Shown: positions 57,815 to 64,000 of the stretch, piece by piece
Numbering within the stretch: position 1 is the stretch's first letter
Layout: the number at the start of each line of letters is the position of its first letter
Origin: an uncultured bacterium
GTDB lineage: Bacteria > Krumholzibacteriota > Krumholzibacteriia > Krumholzibacteriales > Krumholzibacteriaceae
DNA length: 64,000 nucleotides
Reading direction: 5' to 3'
NCBI GenBank assembly: GCA_963786935.1
Contig: CAWBAN010000004.1
Span: forward strand, 288,001-352,000
The notes under the pieces: generated by a model
Seen by the model: the letters and a program-made list of their open reading frames with translations, nothing else
Told to the model about the DNA's origin: nothing
Databases searched by the model: none
Program-made: the position numbers and the translations under genes

Positions 57815-58480
57815 ATGCGTAAGTTTTGTTTCGCGGCGGCGCTCGCCCTGTGCGCGATCGCGCTCGCCGCGGCTCTGCTCGCCGCGGAGGAAGCGCCCGC
57901 GGTGGACGCGATGAAGTCGCTCGGCGCGAAGACCTTCGCGCAGCCGTGCCCCGTGTGGGTCATCGGATCGTACGACGCGGCGGGAAAGCCGAACGTGATG
58001 ACCGCGTCGTGGGCGGCGATCTGCTGCTCGCAGCCGCCGATGGTGACCGTCTCGCTCAGGAAGGCGACTTACACGTACGGCAGCATCATGGCGAGCAAGG
58101 CGTTCACCGTCAACGTGCCCTCCGAGGCGTTCGTGAAGGAGGCCGCCTATTTCGGAAGCGTCTCGGGCAGGGACGTCGACAAATTCAAGGAGAGCGGCCT
58201 CACCCCCGTGAAGAGCTCGCTCGTCAACGCGCCGTACATCAAGGAGTTCCCGCTCGTGATCGAGTGCAAGCTCGCGCGGACGGTCGAGCTCGGGCTGCAC
58301 ACGATGTTCATCGGCGAGATCGTCGACGTGAAGGCGGCCGAGTCGGTGCTCGGAGCGAACGGCGCGCCCGACGTCGCCAAGCTCAAGCCCTTCATCTTCG
58401 CCCCGGGGAACAGCGGTTTTTTCGGTCTCGGGGCGCCGCTCGGCTCGGGGGAGGAATCGAAGAAAGAGACCGGAAAATAG
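57815..58480 (+). CDS. Flavin reductase (flavoredoxin-like) with N-terminal signal peptide
   Basis: PVWVIGSYD..KPNVMTASW..FTVNVP..SGRDVDKF..APYIKEFP..IECK..HTMFIGEI; SD AAGGAGG. Confidence 0.88.
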   Translation: MRKFCFAAALALCAIALAAALLAAEEAPAVDAMKSLGAKTFAQPCPVWVIGSYDAAGKPNVMTASWAAICCSQPPMVTVSLRKATYTYGSIMASKAFTVNVPSEAFVKEAAYFGSVSGRDVDKFKESGLTPVKSSLVNAPYIKEFPLVIECKLARTVELGLHTMFIGEIVDVKAAESVLGANGAPDVAKLKPFIFAPGNSGFFGLGAPLGSGEESKKETGK

Positions 58481-58620
58481 CCGCGGCAAGCCGCCTGGAC
58501 ACAGCACAAGAGAGGGGCCGACGAGGCGTCGGCCCCTTATTATTTGCATATAATTCAATCGATTGCGCATTTTCCGGCCCGCTTGGTACGCTTCTTCCAA
58601 AGGGAATCGCCCAGAGGGGG

Positions 58621-58650
58621 TTGAAAGCTCGTTTTCGGCCGTGCTATTAT
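58621..58650 (+). promoter_or_regulatory. Sigma70-type promoter for the GT2 operon
   Basis: TTGAAA-N18-TATTAT with extended -10 TG. Confidence 0.5.
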
Positions 58651-58726
58651 CGTGGCTATTCAGCTCCGCCAGGCACTTCAACCCTCGCCGATTGAACGAT
58701 GCCTTCATACGAAAGAAGGTTGCTCC

Positions 58727-60940
58727 GTGGAAGATTTCCGCAATTTCAAGGGAGAAGGCCTCCGTCGGGTCGCAGCGGTCGTTTCGATGCTCGTGACGCT
58801 CTATTACCTCTACTGGAGGGTCACCGAAACGTTCAATCAGTCGGCGCTCTTCTTCTCGTGGGCGCTGTGGATCGCGGAGTGTTTCGGCACGCTCACGACG
58901 TTCCTCTTTTTCTTCGCCGTGTGGCGGCCCCTCACGCGCGAGGCGCCCAAGCCGCTCAAAGGGCGCACGGTGGACGTGCTCGTGCCGTCGAAGAACGAGC
59001 CGGTCACGATTCTGCGCAAGACGCTCCTCGCCTGCTGCGACATGAAATATCCGCACCGGACGCTGCTCCTCGACGACGGGAACCGCCCCGAGGTCAAGGC
59101 GCTCTGCGAGGAGCTCGGCTGCGTCTACCTCGCGCGCGAGAGCCACGATCACGCGAAGGCGGGCAACGTCAATTTCGGGCTCGAGCACTCCACGGCGGAG
59201 TTCGTCGCCATCTTCGACGCGGACCACGCGCCGCTCCCGCACTTCATCGACCGCCTCATCGGCTACTTCGCGGACGAGAAGGTCGCGTTCGCGCAGGCCC
59301 CGCAGGAGTTCTACAACATCGACTCCTTCCAGCACCGCGCCGATCACGAGAAGAAATACGTCTGGACCGAGCAGGGGCTCTTCTACAACCTCATCCAGCC
59401 GGGGCGCGACCGATGGAAGGCCGCCTATTTCGTCGGGAGCTGCGCGCTCATGCGGCGCAAAGCGCTCGACGACGTCGGCGGCTTCTCGACGATCTCGATC
59501 ACGGAGGACATGGCGACCTCGATCCGCATCCACGCGAAGGGATGGACGTCCGTCTATCACAACGAGGGGCTCGCCTATGGGATCGCCGCCGATACGATCA
59601 ATCCGTTCCACCTGCAGCGCAAGCGCTGGGGGCTCGGCGGATGGCAGGTGTTCTTCAAGTCGAACCCGCTCCTCGTGCGGGGGCTCAGCTTCCCGCAGCG
59701 GCTCTGCTACCTCGGGAGCCTCATCTATCCGATCGAGGGATTCCAGAAATTCGTTTTCTACGTGACCCCGCCGATCGTGCTTTTCACCGGGATCCTCCCG
59801 ATGAACGCCCTCGACGTCACGTATCTGCTCCACTTCATCCCGTACTTCGCGCTCTCCCTCTTCGCCTACAGCGAGATGGGGCGCGGGTACGCGGGATACC
59901 TTCTCCTCGAGCAGTTCAGCATGGGCAAGTTCTTCACGTACCTCGAGTCGTTTTTCTCCCTGCTGCTCCCGCGCCGCCTGAGGCAGTTTAAAGTGACGCC
60001 GAAAACGAGGGGAACCGCCACGCCGTATCCCCTCGTCGTGCCGCAGGCGATCGTGTTCGCCGGCAGCGTCATCGGCATCATCTGGGCGCTCCTGCAGCTC
60101 GTGCTCGGGCTGCGCGGCGACGAGTTCATCATCGCGGTGAACAGCCTGTGGGCGCTCTTCAACAGCGGGCTCGCCATCGCGATCATCCTCTACGCGCGGA
60201 CGAAATTCTACCAGCGGAGGACCGAGTTCCGCATTCAGGACGCCGTCCCCGTCTTCTTCTCGTACCGCGACGGCGCGAAGACCGTTCGCCGGCTCGGCGC
60301 GGCGGACGACGCCACGGAGACCGGCATGTCGATCGTCGCCCCGGGGACCATCCCCGCCGATCGCGACCTCGATCTCGAGATCATGCTCCCCCGCGTGACG
60401 CTCGCGGGAATGGGGCACGTCCTGCATACGAAGACGGCGAACGTGGGGTCCGACACCGTCTCGCGCGCCGGAATCGCCGTGACGGGACCTTCCGGGCAGG
60501 TCGACGTGATGTCGCGGTACCTGCACGAGTCCGCCGTTTCGAAGTTCCTCTCCGAGTACTCGACGCGATACCTCACCTACATCGAGAGCCGGCTCGAGAA
60601 GCAGCCGCAGCGCAAGGCCCGCGCGCGGCGATTCCGCGCCTACATTCCCGCGCTCGTCCGCGGGAAGGCCGGCGGCACGTCGCACGGCGTGATCCGGAAC
60701 ATCTCCCAGACCGGCTATCTCCTCGCCGCGCGCGAGGATCTCGCCGAGGGGGACCGGGTCGAGGTGGAAGCGGCGGTCGGCGACCGGAACGTTCCGCTCC
60801 CCGGCGTCGTCGTCAGGGTCGTCCGCCACCATTCGGAGGATTTCCCCGAATGCGTCGCGGGCGTCATTCTGGACAAGGCGGATCCGATCGTCGTGAACCG
60901 CGTTCTCGCGATCGCGGAAGCGACGGCGACCCTGTGGTGA
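58727..60940 (+). CDS. Cellulose-synthase-like GT2 with two PilZ domains
   Basis: DDG, HAKAGN, FDADH, TED, QRKRW, FKVTPK; PilZ motifs RRTEFR..DATETG and RARRFR..NISQTG. Confidence 0.9.
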   Translation: MEDFRNFKGEGLRRVAAVVSMLVTLYYLYWRVTETFNQSALFFSWALWIAECFGTLTTFLFFFAVWRPLTREAPKPLKGRTVDVLVPSKNEPVTILRKTLLACCDMKYPHRTLLLDDGNRPEVKALCEELGCVYLARESHDHAKAGNVNFGLEHSTAEFVAIFDADHAPLPHFIDRLIGYFADEKVAFAQAPQEFYNIDSFQHRADHEKKYVWTEQGLFYNLIQPGRDRWKAAYFVGSCALMRRKALDDVGGFSTISITEDMATSIRIHAKGWTSVYHNEGLAYGIAADTINPFHLQRKRWGLGGWQVFFKSNPLLVRGLSFPQRLCYLGSLIYPIEGFQKFVFYVTPPIVLFTGILPMNALDVTYLLHFIPYFALSLFAYSEMGRGYAGYLLLEQFSMGKFFTYLESFFSLLLPRRLRQFKVTPKTRGTATPYPLVVPQAIVFAGSVIGIIWALLQLVLGLRGDEFIIAVNSLWALFNSGLAIAIILYARTKFYQRRTEFRIQDAVPVFFSYRDGAKTVRRLGAADDATETGMSIVAPGTIPADRDLDLEIMLPRVTLAGMGHVLHTKTANVGSDTVSRAGIAVTGPSGQVDVMSRYLHESAVSKFLSEYSTRYLTYIESRLEKQPQRKARARRFRAYIPALVRGKAGGTSHGVIRNISQTGYLLAAREDLAEGDRVEVEAAVGDRNVPLPGVVVRVVRHHSEDFPECVAGVILDKADPIVVNRVLAIAEATATLW

Positions 60941-60947
60941 TGCGTCA

Positions 60948-62351
60948 ATGAAGCCGATTCATCGAAGACTGCTCCTCGCCGCGATCCTGCTCTACGGGCT
61001 CGTCGTGAGCCTCACGGATCTGGACTACAACTCCGTCTTTATCGACGAGGCGTTCCAGATCACGATGGGGAAGGAGATCCTCGGCGGAGAGCCCTGCCTC
61101 GGATGCCCGCACCACACCGGTTCGGTGATGATCTGGCCGGTGCTCGCGGGGCTCGCGGACCGGGCCGGCGGCATACACGCCGTCAGGATCCTGAACGTCC
61201 TCATCGGGCTCGCCCTCACCATGATCGTCTACGCGACGGCGTCGATGCTGTACGGCGGCGGCCGGGCGCTCATCGCGGCGGCGGTCTTCATGTTCGCGGG
61301 GCAGACCCTCTACCTCATGAAGCTCGGCACGTACGACATGATCGCCGCGTTCTTCATCGGCGCCTCGTTCCATATGTTCGTCCTTTCGACCTCGACCGGG
61401 GCGCGGTGGCACCGGAACCTCGCGATCGTCTTCGGCGCGGCGGCGCTGTTTCTCGCCGCGATCACGAAGTATCTGCTCCCCGTGTTCGTGCCGGCGCTCG
61501 TGCTGTACGTCCTCGTCAAGCACGGAGTCAGGCGGACCGCGCTCTTCTGCGTGCTCCCGCTCGCCGCGCTCGCCGCGCTCTACCTCGGGTTCGACCAGTA
61601 CGCGCCGCGGGTTCAGGTGCTCGGCCAGGTCGAGACCTACGCGAACATCAAGGTGCCGGTCGAGACCATCTTCGCGTGGGCGTTCCGCTGGATCGCGTTC
61701 GTCATGCTGCTGGCCGTCTTCGGCGCGTTCCACGAGCGGTACGGGAAAACGGCGATCATGCTCATCGCGCTGTCCTCGCCGATCATCGTGCTCCATCTCG
61801 TGACCCGCGCGGAGCAGTCGGTGAACAAGAACATGATCTTCGCGCTCATTTTCCTCGCCCCCGCGGCGGCGCTCGGCGTGGAGCACCTCGTGAGGATATT
61901 CTCGTTCGGGGCGAGGCACCGGGTCGTCCGCGGCTTTTTCACCGTCGCCATTCTCGTCATCTTCTGGGCGTACGGGCTCTTCAACCTCCGGTGGCTCGAG
62001 CGGCAGTATCCGGACGTGACGCCGCTCATCGAGTTCTTCGAGACGAGGGGCTTCGACGGTATGACCGTCGCGTTCAACGGCTGGGACGGGGTCATCTACG
62101 AATACGTGCTCGAGGACCGCTATCCGAACGCCCGCTTCCTCAACGTGTTCGAGATCAAGAAGACCGATTCGCCGAGGCCGGCGTTCGCCGAGCGGGTGGA
62201 CTTTGTCGTGTGCGAGGACCTCTTTTACGGAAAGATGTGCCCGTGCAGCCAGTTCAGCCCGTATTTCATGGATGACTTCGCGCTCGTAAGGGATTTCACG
62301 ATCGAACACTCATGGGGCGAAACGGACGCCCAGATCTACGGAAGGAGATAA
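60948..62351 (+). CDS. GT-C fold membrane glycosyltransferase (GT39/ArnT-like)
   Basis: FIDEA loop after the first TM; many TM helices; TKY motif; 7 nt after the GT2 stop codon. Confidence 0.8.
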   Translation: MKPIHRRLLLAAILLYGLVVSLTDLDYNSVFIDEAFQITMGKEILGGEPCLGCPHHTGSVMIWPVLAGLADRAGGIHAVRILNVLIGLALTMIVYATASMLYGGGRALIAAAVFMFAGQTLYLMKLGTYDMIAAFFIGASFHMFVLSTSTGARWHRNLAIVFGAAALFLAAITKYLLPVFVPALVLYVLVKHGVRRTALFCVLPLAALAALYLGFDQYAPRVQVLGQVETYANIKVPVETIFAWAFRWIAFVMLLAVFGAFHERYGKTAIMLIALSSPIIVLHLVTRAEQSVNKNMIFALIFLAPAAALGVEHLVRIFSFGARHRVVRGFFTVAILVIFWAYGLFNLRWLERQYPDVTPLIEFFETRGFDGMTVAFNGWDGVIYEYVLEDRYPNARFLNVFEIKKTDSPRPAFAERVDFVVCEDLFYGKMCPCSQFSPYFMDDFALVRDFTIEHSWGETDAQIYGRR

Positions 62352-62354
62352 GAA

Positions 62355-62804
62355 ATGAAACGTCACGCGTTCGGGATGGCAATCGCACTGCTGTGCGTTC
62401 TTCTCTGCTCGGGCAGCGCCTTCGCGATCGTCGGCTTCCGCGGCTCCACGTGGGGGGAGCTGCGGGGCGAGCTGCCGGATGACGTGGAGGACAACCTGCT
62501 GCTGCGGGGCTGGGTCAAGCAGGGAGTGGATTGGGCGAAATGGGGGAACATGACGCTCAACACCTACGCCACCGTGCGCTACGAGCTCGACACGCAGGGG
62601 TACGACTGGAACAACCTCGTCGGCCCCGGTATCGGTATCGCGCTCGAGGCGTACTCGTCGAAGGGCGTCACCGCCTCGTTCGGCATCGAATACATGTGGG
62701 ACCGCTACATCGGCGTGGACGAAGCTTCGCCGTTCGACGTGAACGCGCAGAAGCTCGTCATCTACGCGAACTGGTACGGATGGTGGGACCTCATGAGGAA
62801 GTGA
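62355..62804 (+). CDS. Small secreted Trp-rich beta-strand (outer-membrane-like) protein
   Basis: Signal peptide; GSTWG, QGVDW, DWNN..GPGIG, NWYGWWDL; 3 nt after the previous stop codon. Confidence 0.75.
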   Translation: MKRHAFGMAIALLCVLLCSGSAFAIVGFRGSTWGELRGELPDDVEDNLLLRGWVKQGVDWAKWGNMTLNTYATVRYELDTQGYDWNNLVGPGIGIALEAYSSKGVTASFGIEYMWDRYIGVDEASPFDVNAQKLVIYANWYGWWDLMRK

Positions 62805-62814
62805 CCGCCGGCGA

Positions 62815-63702
62815 TCACTTCCTCCTTCCGTCGATACCGATCGTCACCGTCTCCAGCGGGATCTCCCTGCCCGAGTCCCGGATCGCCTGCTCGACGATCC
62901 GCACGAGGCCGCCGCAGCAGGGGACTTCCATTCGCGCGACGGTAACAGATTTCACGTCGTTCCGCTTGAACATTTCGGTGAATTTCTCGAGGTAGTGCGC
63001 GGCGTCGTCGAGCTTGGGGCAGCCGACGAGGAGCGCTTTGCCGGCGAGGAGATCCTCGTGGAAACCCGCGAAGGCGAAGGGGACGCAATCCGCGGCGACG
63101 AGGAGATCGGCGCCCGCGAGGAACGGCGCCGCCGGCGGCACGAGCATGATCTGCACGGGCCACTGGCGCAGGCGCGACGGGCGCTCCGCCGGCGCGGCCA
63201 CGGGAGGGGCCGGAGCCGCGCTCGAAGACGGAGCGTCCGCGCCCTGCGTTTCAGAGGTTTCGAAGCTGACCACCCGCGAGCCGGGGCAGCCGCCGCACGC
63301 GGCGGGCGCGCGGTCCGCGCCGCCGCAGCGGCCCGACGGCTCGAGAAACTCCTCCGGAATCTCGATATCGCGGTCGACGAGGAACGCGAGCGCCTCGCGG
63401 AAATACTCGTCCTGAGCGTGATCCTTGAGGTGCGCGAGGTGGGCCCTGATGACGTTCGGGCCGCCCCGCGCGATATTCGCCATCACGACACTTTCGTCGT
63501 AGGGCGCCGCCTCGCGGGATTCGGTCGTGATCGCCCCCTCGGGGCAGTGGCCGATGCACGCGCCGAGCCCGTCGCAGAAGAGGTCGCTCACGAGCCGTGC
63601 CTTGCCGTCGATGATCTGGAGCGCCCCCTCGGGGCAGTTCGGGATGCACAGGCCGCAGCCGGTGCACCGTTCCTCGTCGATCGTGATTATCTGTCGGTTC
63701 AT
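62815..63702 (-). CDS. 4Fe-4S dicluster iron-sulfur protein
   Basis: CTGCGLCIPNCP, CDGLGACIGHCP, GGCPGS, QWPVQ, AADC, GCPKLD, MEVPCC. Confidence 0.9.
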   Translation of the reverse strand: MNRQIITIDEERCTGCGLCIPNCPEGALQIIDGKARLVSDLFCDGLGACIGHCPEGAITTESREAAPYDESVVMANIARGGPNVIRAHLAHLKDHAQDEYFREALAFLVDRDIEIPEEFLEPSGRCGGADRAPAACGGCPGSRVVSFETSETQGADAPSSSAAPAPPVAAPAERPSRLRQWPVQIMLVPPAAPFLAGADLLVAADCVPFAFAGFHEDLLAGKALLVGCPKLDDAAHYLEKFTEMFKRNDVKSVTVARMEVPCCGGLVRIVEQAIRDSGREIPLETVTIGIDGRRK

Positions 63703-63911
63703 GCAGCACTCCTCCTATATAGGTATTACAGTACCAATATACATTTAATGCCCGTCCCCGTCAAGGCGTAAAACGGGGCATGTCCGGCGGCCGCGCCGCG
63801 GGGGAGAGCGCCGAAAAACGGCTCTCCAACGGGGAGGCGGCGCGTGATATACTCGATCCGATTTCACCTTCAGCGGCCCGCGCCCCTCACGGCGCGCGGC
63901 ACGGAGGATCG

Positions 63912-64000
63912 ATGAACCGCCCCGCGCTTCTCGTCGCGCTGCTGCTCCCGATCGCGCTCCTCGCGTCATCGTGCAACGAGCCGTCCGGCCACTGGACGGT
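63912..64000 (+). CDS. Lipoprotein, 3'-truncated by window edge
   Basis: SD GGAGG; MNRPALLVALLLPIALLASSC. Confidence 0.6.
   Translation, partial: MNRPALLVALLLPIALLASSCNEPSGHWT

Noticed and set aside
58584..58599. Possible sigma54 promoter TGGTACGCTTCTTCCA
   Set aside because: Lacks the conserved -12 GC; a sigma70-like promoter lies just downstream
1..64000. CRISPR array, Cas genes, integrase, transposase, prophage or reverse transcriptase
   Set aside because: No repeat-spacer array or diagnostic motifs seen by eye

Overview
GC-rich bacterial chromosomal window with about 46 genes, dominated by cell-envelope and secreted proteins. Three proteins end in FlgD-Ig/T9SS-like C-terminal domains (NPFNP motif), one ends in a 'SWGAIKxL' tail, and there are PorT-like barrels and a FISUMP lipoprotein. 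This suggests an FCB-group candidate phylum such as Krumholzibacteriota/Latescibacterota (inference only). Confident calls include tmRNA (50664-51022, minus strand, tag ADNQLALAA), pepT, several proteases (S8, C1A, S9, trypsin-like, C39-like), a TonB-dependent receptor and a cellulose-synthase-like GT2. No integrase, transposase, prophage, CRISPR array, rRNA or tRNA was seen. The best candidates for undescribed systems are five. (1) An ECF sigma/anti-sigma operon whose anti-sigma and outer-membrane partner both carry glycogen-binding (CBM48-like) domains, with a GTGTAAC-N16-CGTCTCA promoter present twice. (2) A truncated operon at the left edge with a membrane-anchored TRAFAC-type GTPase and a VirB10-like protein, converging on a Ser/Thr kinase-CsgG-barrel-LamG operon. 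(3) A trypsin-like protease followed by a free-standing copy of its own N-terminal domain. (4) A BcsA-like synthase with two PilZ domains plus a GT-C enzyme and a mini-barrel, but no bcsB/C/Z nearby. (5) Three 16-bp operator-like boxes at exact 21-bp spacing before an XRE regulator. All family assignments come from motif recognition by eye; no searches were run.
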